A DNA stretch of 64,000 nt, from assembly GCA_003153435.1 (NCBI GenBank), contig PLYR01000104.1, positions 2,796-66,795 of the forward strand, read 5' to 3'. The DNA comes from Bacteroidota bacterium (GTDB lineage Bacteria; Bacteroidota; Bacteroidia; Palsa-965). The notes below the pieces were generated by a model. It was not told the origin of the DNA, ran no database searches, and saw nothing but the letters and a program-made list of their open reading frames with translations. Positions 1-8,566 of the stretch are shown one piece after another (position 1 is the first letter of the stretch; each line of letters opens with the position of its first letter). The position numbers and the translations under genes were made by a program.

Positions 1-66
1 GAAGCCTGGCTTGTTGTAAAATTCGACTTTCTCGTCGAGGAAAAGTTTCAGCTCTTTCCGGTTCAT
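1..66 (-). CDS. N-terminal fragment (first ~22 codons, MNRKELKLFLDEKVEFYNKPGF...) of an unidentified protein that continues beyond the window start
   Basis: Reverse-strand ATG at 64-66 followed by an open frame to position 1. The start overlaps the rlmD stop in an ATGA arrangement, suggesting translational coupling. Too short to assign a product. Confidence 0.3.
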   Translation of the reverse strand, partial: MNRKELKLFLDEKVEFYNKPGF

Positions 67-1487
67 CTTCTTTCCAGTAGCACCACATTCTCCACATGGT
101 GTGTATGCGGGAACATATCCACAGGCTGTATTCGGGTGACTTTATACCACTCATCCAGCAGCATAAGATCTCTTGCCTGAGTGCCGGGGTTACAGCTTAC
201 GTAGACAATCTTTTCAGGCTGCATACGGGCAATGGTCCTTACCACATCCTCATGCATCCCTGCACGGGGAGGATCGGTGATGACCACATCGGCTTTACCA
301 TGCTCCTGAACAAAAACATCGCTCAGCACATCTTTCATGTCGCCCGCAAAGAAAAGGGTATTGTTGATCCCGTTGAATGCTGAATTGATTTTTGCATCTG
401 CAATAGCTGGTTCTACCTGTTCAATCCCTATCACCTTCTTTGCTTTCCCTGCCACGAAGTTGGCAATGGTACCTGTTCCGGTATACAAGTCATACACAAT
501 TTCTGTTCCTTTCAACCCGGCGAAATCTCTTGCGATCTTATAAAGCTGAAAGGCCTGATCTGAATTGGTCTGGTAAAACGATTTGGGCGAAATCCTGAAT
601 TTGAGATTTTCCATCTGTTCAAAGATCACCGGCTCACCCGAAAAGAGATGCACCTCCTGATCGAAGATGGTATCATTCTTTTTCTCGTTGATGACATAGT
701 GCAGGGAATTGATCTGTGGAAATGTTTTCTGCAGATGAGTCATCAGCCCGGCAATCGCATCTGCTTCATTTTTAAAGAAGACTATAATCACCATCACTTC
801 TCCTGTAGAAGTGGTTCGGATAATCATATTCCGGAGTAACCCATGCTGATCACGGAGATCAAAGAAGGTGAGTCCGTTCTCCAGGGCATATTTTTTGACT
901 TCCAGCCGTATCGCATTGGAAGGGTCGGCCTGAAGATGGCAATGGTTAATATCCAACACCTTGTCGAACAAACCCGGAATATGAAATCCGAGTGCATTTC
1001 GGTTTCCACCGGGGCCTTCTTCAAAGCTTAGTGATTTATCATTGATCTGTTCCTTGGTAAGCCATTTCTTGTTGGAGAATGTGAATTCAAGCTTGTTCCT
1101 GTACTCGTAGATTTTTGCAGAACCAAGGATAGGGGTGATTTCCGGAATATCCAGCTTTCCGATTCTCACCAGGGCATTATACACCTGCTTTTGTTTGAAG
1201 AACAACTGAGAGTCGTATTTCATATTCTGCCACCGGCACCCTCCGCAGGTTCCGAAATGTTCGCAGGGTGGTTCTGTCCGGCGTTCCGATTGTTTGTGAA
1301 AGAGAATCACATTCCCTTCTCTGAATTTGTTTTTCTTGCGTGTCACTTGCACATCCACCAGATCTCCGGGTATTGCACCTTTCACGAAGACCACCATCTC
1401 ATCCACTTTTCCAATACTCTGTCCTTCTGTTCCTGCATCAATGATGTCGACGTTCAGCAGGATGGGTAATGGCTTGTTGTTTTTCAT
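63..1487 (-). CDS. rlmD: 23S rRNA (uracil-C5)-methyltransferase, RlmD/RumA family (TRAM domain + 4Fe-4S + SAM-dependent methyltransferase)
   Basis: N-terminal TRAM-like region (GQSIGKVDEMVVFVKGAIPGDLVDV), Cys cluster CEHFGTCGGC typical of the RumA Fe-S site, and a C-terminal SAM methyltransferase fold (DLYTGTGTIANF ... DPPRAGM). The start was moved to the ATG at 1487 (MKNNKPL). The 29 extra N-terminal residues in the ORF track are hydrophobic noise and would put the start 14 nt from the divergent rocD start. Confidence 0.8.
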   Translation of the reverse strand: MKNNKPLPILLNVDIIDAGTEGQSIGKVDEMVVFVKGAIPGDLVDVQVTRKKNKFREGNVILFHKQSERRTEPPCEHFGTCGGCRWQNMKYDSQLFFKQKQVYNALVRIGKLDIPEITPILGSAKIYEYRNKLEFTFSNKKWLTKEQINDKSLSFEEGPGGNRNALGFHIPGLFDKVLDINHCHLQADPSNAIRLEVKKYALENGLTFFDLRDQHGLLRNMIIRTTSTGEVMVIIVFFKNEADAIAGLMTHLQKTFPQINSLHYVINEKKNDTIFDQEVHLFSGEPVIFEQMENLKFRISPKSFYQTNSDQAFQLYKIARDFAGLKGTEIVYDLYTGTGTIANFVAGKAKKVIGIEQVEPAIADAKINSAFNGINNTLFFAGDMKDVLSDVFVQEHGKADVVITDPPRAGMHEDVVRTIARMQPEKIVYVSCNPGTQARDLMLLDEWYKVTRIQPVDMFPHTHHVENVVLLERR

Positions 1488-1588
1488 AAGCTGCAAAAGT
1501 ACTAAAACGGAACGCTGCCAACTCAAAAAAAAACCGTAATTTAGTAGCTTATAGATGCCAGGTAAGCAATACATTAAAGCACACTCCT

Positions 1589-2833
1589 ATGAATACCGTT
1601 ATGTCTAATAAGAACGCCACTTCCAGAGCTATTGAACTAGAGAACAAATACGGTGCTCATAACTATCACCCCTTACCTGTTGTTTTGGAACGAGGGGAAG
1701 GGGTCTATGTATGGGATGTGGAAGGCAAACAGTATTTCGATTTTCTGTCGGCATACTCTGCCGTCAACCAGGGTCATGGGCATCCGGTCATTCTTCGTGC
1801 AATGATGGAGCAGGCACAGAAGCTGGCACTCACTTCCCGTGCTTTTTATAACGATTGCCTTGGTGAATATGAGAAGTTCATTACTTCCTACTTCGGATTT
1901 GATAAAGTTTTACCAATGAACACCGGAGCCGAAGCGGTTGAAACTGCAATTAAACTGGCTCGCAGGTGGGGGTATGAGAAAAAAGCTATCACCACGGATA
2001 TGGCTAAAATCCTGGTTTGTGAAAATAATTTTCATGGACGGACCATCACGATCGTTTCTCTTTCTACGGATCCTGAAGCATACACCAATTACGGACCTCA
2101 GACTCCCGGTATACTAAAAGTGCCATTCAATGATTTAAATGCCCTTGAAGCAATGCTCAAAGCTGAACCCAATATTGCAGGGTTCCTGGTAGAGCCCGTC
2201 CAGGGTGAAGCAGGGGTTGTGATTGCAGATGATGGATACCTGCTCAAAGCCTTTGAACTTTGTAAAAAACATAATGTACTCTTTATCGCAGATGAGATCC
2301 AATCCGGACTTGGACGCACGGGTAAGCGACTGGCATGCGATCATGAAGGAGTCAGACCGGACGTGCTGATTCTTGGAAAAGCTCTTTCCGGAGGATTGTA
2401 TCCTGTTTCAGCCGTTCTTGCCGATGATGAGATCATGCTCACCATTAAACCCGGTCAGCATGGTTCTACCTATGGCGGAAATCCAATTGGCTGTAAAGTG
2501 GGGATAGCTGGATTAACAGTATTACGCGATGAAAAACTTTCTGAGAATTCCGAGCGACTGGGGAAGGTTCTCCTTGCGGAGCTTGGTAAGATCAAAACCG
2601 ATTTCCCTCAGATTGTTAAGACCGTGCGTGGCAAAGGCCTCTTTGCAGCTATGGTGATCACCGAGAAAGAAGGAAGGAATGCATGGGATGTATGTATGAA
2701 GATGAAGGATCTGGGTCTGCTTGCAAAACCGACCCACGGCGATATCATCCGTTTTGCTCCCCCTCTGGTGATCAATGAAATGCAGCTGATGGAATGTGTT
2801 GGAATTATCCGCAAAGCCCTGAGCTCTTTTTAG
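1589..2833 (+). CDS. rocD: ornithine aminotransferase (ornithine--oxo-acid transaminase), class III PLP aminotransferase
   Basis: Diagnostic OAT N-terminus [46 protein letters not shown], and a PLP-lysine region (ILGKALSGG). ATG verified at 1589. Confidence 0.85.
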   Translation: MNTVMSNKNATSRAIELENKYGAHNYHPLPVVLERGEGVYVWDVEGKQYFDFLSAYSAVNQGHGHPVILRAMMEQAQKLALTSRAFYNDCLGEYEKFITSYFGFDKVLPMNTGAEAVETAIKLARRWGYEKKAITTDMAKILVCENNFHGRTITIVSLSTDPEAYTNYGPQTPGILKVPFNDLNALEAMLKAEPNIAGFLVEPVQGEAGVVIADDGYLLKAFELCKKHNVLFIADEIQSGLGRTGKRLACDHEGVRPDVLILGKALSGGLYPVSAVLADDEIMLTIKPGQHGSTYGGNPIGCKVGIAGLTVLRDEKLSENSERLGKVLLAELGKIKTDFPQIVKTVRGKGLFAAMVITEKEGRNAWDVCMKMKDLGLLAKPTHGDIIRFAPPLVINEMQLMECVGIIRKALSSF

Positions 2834-3201
2834 AGCAGAACCTTTCTTAAAGAGATCATCCCACTTCATTGAAAGAATAATCATTCTCAGTTAGAGATGG
2901 TTTCTATCCCTGGAGACAAGATTAACGTTCAACTGAAGATCGTTATCATCTCTGCTTCCATAATCGCTTTTTTACCTCGGATTTTATCAGTCTTTAAAGA
3001 GATGATGACTGTTCCTTTCTGAACCGCAACGATCTCTCTAGATGAGATCATCGTTCCGTTGAGAATCGTTTTCGTCTCTAAATGTTTAATGATAATTCAA
3101 CGGAGAATAATAACAATCTCTTTCGCTATTGTGATTGTGTTTGTAGGAAGAGCGATTCTTCTTTTAAGAATGATCCATGTGCTGATTGCGGAGAAAAACA
3201 C

Positions 3202-3453
3202 TCAGGGATTGCTAATCTGTCTCGCTTTCGCTTCTTTGAAAGCAATGAACATCTCATTGAACCTCTCCAAAGCCTTACGAATGAAATCACTATCCATGAT
3301 CCTTTCGATCTCTTCGGGGCCTGTCACTTCTCCTTCAGAAAACTTAAAGACTTGCTCCATAGGGCCGGCTTCCAGCTTAACAATGAATTTTTCATTCATA
3401 TGAAAGATGCTGATCCGGATGGAAGGATGGGGGATGGTGGCTATGATTCTCAT
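3202..3453 (-). CDS. small hypothetical protein (83 aa; real start may be the internal MNEKF at 3399)
   Basis: Protein-like charged/amphipathic composition, and it is co-directional with the SPFH operon upstream. It fully overlaps an alternative + strand Cys-rich ORF (3082-3489), so the call is ambiguous. Confidence 0.3.
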   Translation of the reverse strand: MRIIATIPHPSIRISIFHMNEKFIVKLEAGPMEQVFKFSEGEVTGPEEIERIMDSDFIRKALERFNEMFIAFKEAKARQISNP

Positions 3454-3506
3454 AATGCATATTTAGGCAATGACCCGGAAGCAGGATAGATTCCGGATTC
3501 GGATCG

Positions 3507-3917
3507 TCAGCGTTGAAATTTATGGGCTGCTTCAAGATCTCCCTGCTGCCCGTCGTCATTCAATTTCTGAATGGCCTGGGCCAGGATCAAATAAGAATCC
3601 AGCTTTTTGTCTCTAAGTATTTGTGCTGCTTGTTTATCTCCGGATGCAGCATGAGAAGTTAGTGCCCAGATGAGCACTTTGTTCTGCATCAGCCATTCAA
3701 AAGCTTTTTTATCTCCCAGGACTGAATTTCCGAAAGCTGCGAGTTCCGGATAATTATTTTCCAGAAGCCAGCGCATGTCTTCTTTTTTTCCACGGATGAG
3801 GGAAGCCAGAACGATCAGTTCTTTATAATTCTGTTCTGCCAGCCAGTTGAACGCAAGCGTATTGCCTATAAGGCTTTCAGCCAGTTTACGGATCGGCTCC
3901 AGTGGGTATATCTTCAT
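3507..3917 (-). CDS. hypothetical alpha-helical repeat protein (four ~25-aa repeats of the form AFxWLxxNxxELxxL...GxK)
   Basis: The internal repeats are visible in the translation (AFNWLAEQNYKELIVL / MRWLLENNYPELAAF / AFEWLMQNKVLIWAL / AAQILRDKKLDSYLIL). The start lies 16 nt downstream of the SPFH gene stop on the same strand, so the two are probably co-transcribed. Confidence 0.5.
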   Translation of the reverse strand: MKIYPLEPIRKLAESLIGNTLAFNWLAEQNYKELIVLASLIRGKKEDMRWLLENNYPELAAFGNSVLGDKKAFEWLMQNKVLIWALTSHAASGDKQAAQILRDKKLDSYLILAQAIQKLNDDGQQGDLEAAHKFQR

Positions 3918-3933
3918 CGGTAACCTCGTCGGT

Positions 3934-5061
3934 TTACATCGGAGGCATCGGAGGAGGAACGCTTCCGAAGACGGAGCTCAGCTCAGGCACCTGACCTGCT
4001 GCTATCCAGGCAGCCATACCGGTCTTCCACGCCAGGGTCTCCCTTGTTAGCTGTCCGCTCTGCACCATTTCTGTGAGCTGTTGTGTATTGAATGGACCCG
4101 CCTGCGCACCATTAACAGCCAGGAAATACTGGATCTGAGGAGGCATCGGAGGAGGAGTGTTCATTTGTTGGTTCTGCTGATTCTGCTGGTTCTGGTTTGG
4201 TAGCATGGTATTTCCAAGCACATTGGTCATCAGATTACCCATGCCCATTCCCATGCCCATACCCATACCCATTCCCATAGTACCACCACCGTTTTCGGCA
4301 GCGATTTCAATGGATTTGGCAGCTTTCATCTGGGCCAGTTTACCCATATCGATTTTATTCAGACGGCTATACTCGAAGATTTCCTTCTTGAGTTCATCAG
4401 GCATGCTCACGTTTTCTACCAGGAAACGCATGATGCTCAGACCATAATCAGCAAAATCTGTATTCAGCTTTTCCTGACCTATTTTGCTCAGGTCTTCCAG
4501 ATTGGCTGCGAATTTCTCGATCGGGAAATTTCCGTTGGCTGCTGCATTGGTAAATTTGGTAACGATCAGGCTCTTCAGCTGACCGACTATTTCATCTACC
4601 GTATATGTTTTTTCAGTACCGGAAACTTCCTTCAGAAATTTTCCGGCATCGGTTACTTTGAATGCGAAAGATCCGAAGGCCCGGAGTTCAATCATTCCGA
4701 AGCGTTCGTCATCCAGGGTTATCGGGTTCTTGGTTCCCCACTTCTGATCAATGAACTGGCGCGTACTCACAAAGAATACGTCAGCTTTGAACGGACTGTT
4801 AAAGCCATATTTCCAACCTCTCAGCGTGGAAAGGAGGGGCATATTCTGTGTTTCGAGGGAATACATACCGGGCTGGAACACATCGGCAATCTTACCTTCG
4901 TTCAGAAACACCGCCACCTGGCTTTCTCTAACGGTAAGCTTGGCTCCCATCTTAATCTCACTCTGATAACGAGGAAAATGCCACACGATCGTATCGGTAG
5001 TATCATCCTGCCATTCAATAATATCAATGAATTCCTGTTTGAGTTTGTCAAAGAGTCCCAT
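3934..5061 (-). CDS. SPFH/Band-7 superfamily protein (Band_7_1 / YdjI-like) with low-complexity linker and C-terminal DUF4339-like module
   Basis: N-terminal ~270 aa match the YdjI-type SPFH pattern (MGLFDKLKQEFIDIIEW..., ESQVAVFLNEGKIADVFQPG). Then comes a (GM)8 and QNQ-repeat linker, followed by YFLAVNGAQAGPFNTQQLTEMVQSGQLTRETLAWKTGMAAWIAAGQVPEL, typical of DUF4339. Confidence 0.8.
   Translation of the reverse strand: MGLFDKLKQEFIDIIEWQDDTTDTIVWHFPRYQSEIKMGAKLTVRESQVAVFLNEGKIADVFQPGMYSLETQNMPLLSTLRGWKYGFNSPFKADVFFVSTRQFIDQKWGTKNPITLDDERFGMIELRAFGSFAFKVTDAGKFLKEVSGTEKTYTVDEIVGQLKSLIVTKFTNAAANGNFPIEKFAANLEDLSKIGQEKLNTDFADYGLSIMRFLVENVSMPDELKKEIFEYSRLNKIDMGKLAQMKAAKSIEIAAENGGGTMGMGMGMGMGMGMGNLMTNVLGNTMLPNQNQQNQQNQQMNTPPPMPPQIQYFLAVNGAQAGPFNTQQLTEMVQSGQLTRETLAWKTGMAAWIAAGQVPELSSVFGSVPPPMPPM
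4238..4279. repeat. imperfect hexanucleotide microsatellite (CCCATN)x7 inside the SPFH gene, encoding the (GM)n tract on the minus strand
   Basis: Read directly from the sequence: cccatgcccattcccatgcccatacccatacccattcccata. The unit length is a multiple of 3, so slippage would stay in frame. Confidence 0.6.
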
Positions 5062-5257
5062 GGGAGCTGTTGTTTTATGTTAGAAATAAGTTGAAAGCCG
5101 AGAATCAAACGTACGTGATTTTCACGGAACTCCCAAGTACCTGATGAAATTTAATCGCTTCATAATAAAGCCCCTTCTTGCCTGGTTTCCAGACCCGGAA
5201 AAAGAGAAACAACCCTGGATTTCACGAGAACCCATAATTGCTTAAAATTGCAGACGA

Positions 5258-6484
5258 ATGAGCAGGCATTATATTGTAATTGGAGGGGGGGCAGCCGGAT
5301 ATTTTGCCGCTGTGAACCTGAAGCGCCTATGTCCGGAGGATAAGGTCACCATCCTGGAAAAGGGGAATAAGGTCCTATCCAAGGTCAGGATATCGGGTGG
5401 GGGACGCTGTAACGTGACCCATGCCTGCTTTGAAAATGGCCTGTTGGTTCAACACTACCCCCGGGGATCCAAAGCCCTGAGAGGGGCCTTTAGCCGCTTC
5501 AGTGTCGCCGATACTATTGCCTGGTATGAGGAACGAGGGGTTAAACTGAAGACCGAACCGGATGGACGAATGTTCCCTGAAACCGATGACTCTTCCACAA
5601 TCATCAACTGTTTAATGAACGAAGCCGATAAGTTTGGTGTGGAACTGAAGCTGGGAGCCGATGTAAAGAAAATCATCCCTGCCGAAAGCGGGTTCAGCCT
5701 CGAAATGAACGGAGGGGGAACCCTCCATGCCGACAAGCTGCTCATTGCTACCGGAGGGAGTCCTAAGCTTGAATCGTATAACTGGATGAAGGAGCTTGGA
5801 CATCAGATCTCATTCCCAGTACCTTCCTTGTTTACTTTTAATACGCCTCAATCGCCCCTGACCAAGCTCATGGGCCTCTCTGTTCCAGATGCGCAGGTGA
5901 AGATTGAAGGCCTTCCTTTGGTCTCCAACGGCCCCTTGCTGATTACTCATTGGGGTTTCAGCGGCCCTTCGATACTTCGTCTGTCAGCACTTGCCGCCAG
6001 GGAGCTTCAGGAAAGAAACTATATTTTCGATATCCGCATCTCGTGGACTGGTACAAAAAAGGAAGAAGAAATAAGACTTCGTTTTTCAGAGGTCAGGATG
6101 ATCTGGAACACCAGACAAATTGCCGTCCATCCCCTTTTCGACCTTCCGAAAAGGCTCTGGGAGTATCTCGTTGAACAGGCCGGAATTGAACCGGAAATGA
6201 AGTGGGCCGACCTTCCTAAAAAAAACATGAATAAACTCATCAACAGCCTGCTTCATGATACATACACTGTGAAAGGAAAAACAACATTCAAGGAAGAATT
6301 TGTGACTTGCGGTGGGATTGCTTTGGAAGATGTGGATTTCAGAACCATGGAAAGCAGGAAGTGTAAAAACCTCTACTTTGCAGGGGAGATGTTGGATATA
6401 GATGGCATTACCGGCGGGTTCAATTTCCAATCGGCCTGGACTACGGGCTGGATTGCAGCCCAGGGCATGGGACAGGTGGATTAA
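5258..6484 (+). CDS. NAD(P)/FAD-dependent oxidoreductase, HI0933/BaiN (aminoacetone oxidase-like) flavoprotein family
   Basis: N-terminal dinucleotide-binding motif IVIGGGAAGYFAA, and HI0933-like hallmarks GGGRCNVTH and FAGEMLDIDGITGGFNFQ. ATG verified at 5258. Confidence 0.8.
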   Translation: MSRHYIVIGGGAAGYFAAVNLKRLCPEDKVTILEKGNKVLSKVRISGGGRCNVTHACFENGLLVQHYPRGSKALRGAFSRFSVADTIAWYEERGVKLKTEPDGRMFPETDDSSTIINCLMNEADKFGVELKLGADVKKIIPAESGFSLEMNGGGTLHADKLLIATGGSPKLESYNWMKELGHQISFPVPSLFTFNTPQSPLTKLMGLSVPDAQVKIEGLPLVSNGPLLITHWGFSGPSILRLSALAARELQERNYIFDIRISWTGTKKEEEIRLRFSEVRMIWNTRQIAVHPLFDLPKRLWEYLVEQAGIEPEMKWADLPKKNMNKLINSLLHDTYTVKGKTTFKEEFVTCGGIALEDVDFRTMESRKCKNLYFAGEMLDIDGITGGFNFQSAWTTGWIAAQGMGQVD

Positions 6485-6550
6485 AGCATTATATTAGTCT
6501 GTCGAATATTAATCTTGCAGGAATTATTTTAAATAATATCTTTGAAAGAT

Positions 6551-8551
6551 ATGATACGCCCGTCTGCTCTCTTTTTAATATTTCTTTTTATAGGTTTTGC
6601 ATCCCATGCGCAGACGAGCACGGGTAAGAAGAAGAAATTCCTTGCCGATGATGCCGATCACAAAATATTTGATAAAGGTGAATATTACTTTGATCAGGGC
6701 AACTATGCACTGGCCATGGTTGAATATAAAAAACTCGAAGTTGAATTTCCGGAAGAAGGAGTGCTCATTTACAGGATCGGGGTATGTTATGTAAACTCCC
6801 ACGGAGAAAAAGAACGGTCACTCGATTATCTCGGAAAGCTGGATCCCGATAAATTCAGAAAAACAGATCTTCTTTTTTACCTGGGCAGGGCCAATCACCT
6901 GAACTATCAGTTTGACAAGGCAATAGATTTTTACACCCGGTTCAAAGAATCCAAACGTGGAAAAGAAAAGCAGAAAGTATGTGATCGGCTCATTGAAAAC
7001 TGCACAGCTGCCAAAGAACTCTATGCTCATCCGACCAAGGCAGAGATTGTAAACATCGGCCCTCCTGTGAATACCCAGTTCTCCGAATATGGGCCCACGG
7101 TGTCTTCTGATGAAGCTACCTTGATCTATACCTATCTCGGACCCCGTTGCAAAGGCGGGTTACAGAAAGAGCCCGGAGTGGCTGATTCTGCCGGACAATA
7201 TTTTGAGGATATCTTGGTGTCCCTGAAAGACAGTGCAGGGCATTGGACTTTTCCGGAGCCTATCGATGAGATCAATACCAATGGACCGGATGCTGCCATC
7301 TCGCTCTCAAACGACGGACAAAAATTATTGGTCTTTAAGAATTCAGCAGGTGATGTAGGCGATATCTACCTGAGTCGTCTGGAAGGCAGTAAATGGTCCG
7401 AACCTGAACCTCTGCGTGGAGATGTTAACACCACAGCCTGGGAAGGTAGTGCCTCCTTCTCCCCGGATGAGCACACACTCTATTTTTCAAGTGAGAGACC
7501 GGGCGGATTCGGAGGGAAAGATATTTACTCAGCCACCTTGCAGGATGGCGGCAGCTGGGGAAATGTCAAAAACCTGGGTCCAACCATCAACACAGAATAT
7601 GATGATGACAGCCCGATCATGCATCCCGATGGGGTTTCTCTCTATTTCAACTCGGTTGGACATACCAATATGGGAGGGAATGATATTTTTGTTTCCATGT
7701 TAAAGGAAGACAGCACCTGGTCAGAACCCGAAAACCTGGGCTACCCGGTCAATACTCCGGATGATGATTTGTTCTTTTTTCCGGTAGGTAATGGCGACCG
7801 GGGTTACTATTCCTCAGGTCAAAAAGGAGGTTTTGGACAACAGGATATCTACCGTGTGGATGGTCTGGGAAGGAAAGTAAAATTTGTCATGGTTAAAGGA
7901 GTCGTTACCGTAGATGATAAAGCAGTAGATGCGTCTATTATCGTTCTGAATGAGAAAAAAGGAACTCAGGTTGCTTTTCATTCCAACTCTGTGACCGGAA
8001 AATATCTGGTGAATCTGGCACCCAATACAAGCTTCAAACTACAATTTAAAGCACCCGGTTTTGAAGATCAGGTCAAAACCATGAATACGTTGAATGTTGA
8101 TTCTTTTATGGAATCGACTATGGATGTTCAATTTTATACAGAAGCATTTAAAAATAATCTCAAGCGGATACACGATTCCATTTCTCTTGTTAAGGATACT
8201 GCCAAAGCCAAAGCAGGTACAGCCGGCATGAGCCTCGCTGAAGTGATTGCGAAATATGGCGACTCGAAAGTAGAAGGGCTGGAGTTCCGGGTCCAGATCG
8301 GGGCCTTTAACTTAAAAGATAATTTTAATTACGGTGGCTTATTGAAACTGGGTAAGGTTCAGAAAAACAAAGGAGAGGATGGCATCACGCGCTTCACCAT
8401 TGGGCATAAAGCCACACTCAATGAAATCTATACCCTGAAGAAAAAAGTGATTGATGCCGGTATCAAGGATGCTTTTGTGGTGACATACTACCAGAAGAAA
8501 CGTATTTCCTTAAGAGAAGTCATCACTCAGAACTTATTTCAGAAGCCCTAG
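6551..8551 (+). CDS. envelope protein: signal peptide, TPR region, TolB-like PD40 beta-propeller repeats, CarboxypepD_reg-like domain and C-terminal SPOR (peptidoglycan-binding) domain
   Basis: Signal peptide ending ASHAQ. Several PD40-type repeats (DEATLIYTY..., DGQKLLVFKN..., DEHTLYFSSERPGGFGGKDIY, DGVSLYFNS...GGNDIF). A C-terminal SPOR-like block EFRVQIGAF...GIKDAFVV. The ORF track starts at a TTG at 6542; the first ATG is at 6551. It is a paralog of the giant gene at 54986-61144. Confidence 0.8.
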   Translation: MIRPSALFLIFLFIGFASHAQTSTGKKKKFLADDADHKIFDKGEYYFDQGNYALAMVEYKKLEVEFPEEGVLIYRIGVCYVNSHGEKERSLDYLGKLDPDKFRKTDLLFYLGRANHLNYQFDKAIDFYTRFKESKRGKEKQKVCDRLIENCTAAKELYAHPTKAEIVNIGPPVNTQFSEYGPTVSSDEATLIYTYLGPRCKGGLQKEPGVADSAGQYFEDILVSLKDSAGHWTFPEPIDEINTNGPDAAISLSNDGQKLLVFKNSAGDVGDIYLSRLEGSKWSEPEPLRGDVNTTAWEGSASFSPDEHTLYFSSERPGGFGGKDIYSATLQDGGSWGNVKNLGPTINTEYDDDSPIMHPDGVSLYFNSVGHTNMGGNDIFVSMLKEDSTWSEPENLGYPVNTPDDDLFFFPVGNGDRGYYSSGQKGGFGQQDIYRVDGLGRKVKFVMVKGVVTVDDKAVDASIIVLNEKKGTQVAFHSNSVTGKYLVNLAPNTSFKLQFKAPGFEDQVKTMNTLNVDSFMESTMDVQFYTEAFKNNLKRIHDSISLVKDTAKAKAGTAGMSLAEVIAKYGDSKVEGLEFRVQIGAFNLKDNFNYGGLLKLGKVQKNKGEDGITRFTIGHKATLNEIYTLKKKVIDAGIKDAFVVTYYQKKRISLREVITQNLFQKP

Positions 8552-8566
8552 ACCTAACGGAAGCTG

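Noticed and set aside
63-1574. Longer 503-aa version of rlmD starting at the ATG at 1574
   Set aside because: The extra 29 residues are hydrophobic, non-conserved-looking and precede the TRAM domain. They would also place the start 14 nt from the divergent rocD start codon. The internal ATG at 1487 was preferred.
3082-3489. Plus-strand 135-aa Cys-rich ORF (CDCVC...CADC), a possible zinc-binding protein
   Set aside because: It fully overlaps a minus-strand ORF that is co-directional with the SPFH operon and has more protein-like composition. The N-terminus is Asn-rich and low-complexity. The two cannot be resolved without homology search, so it is kept as an open alternative rather than a feature.
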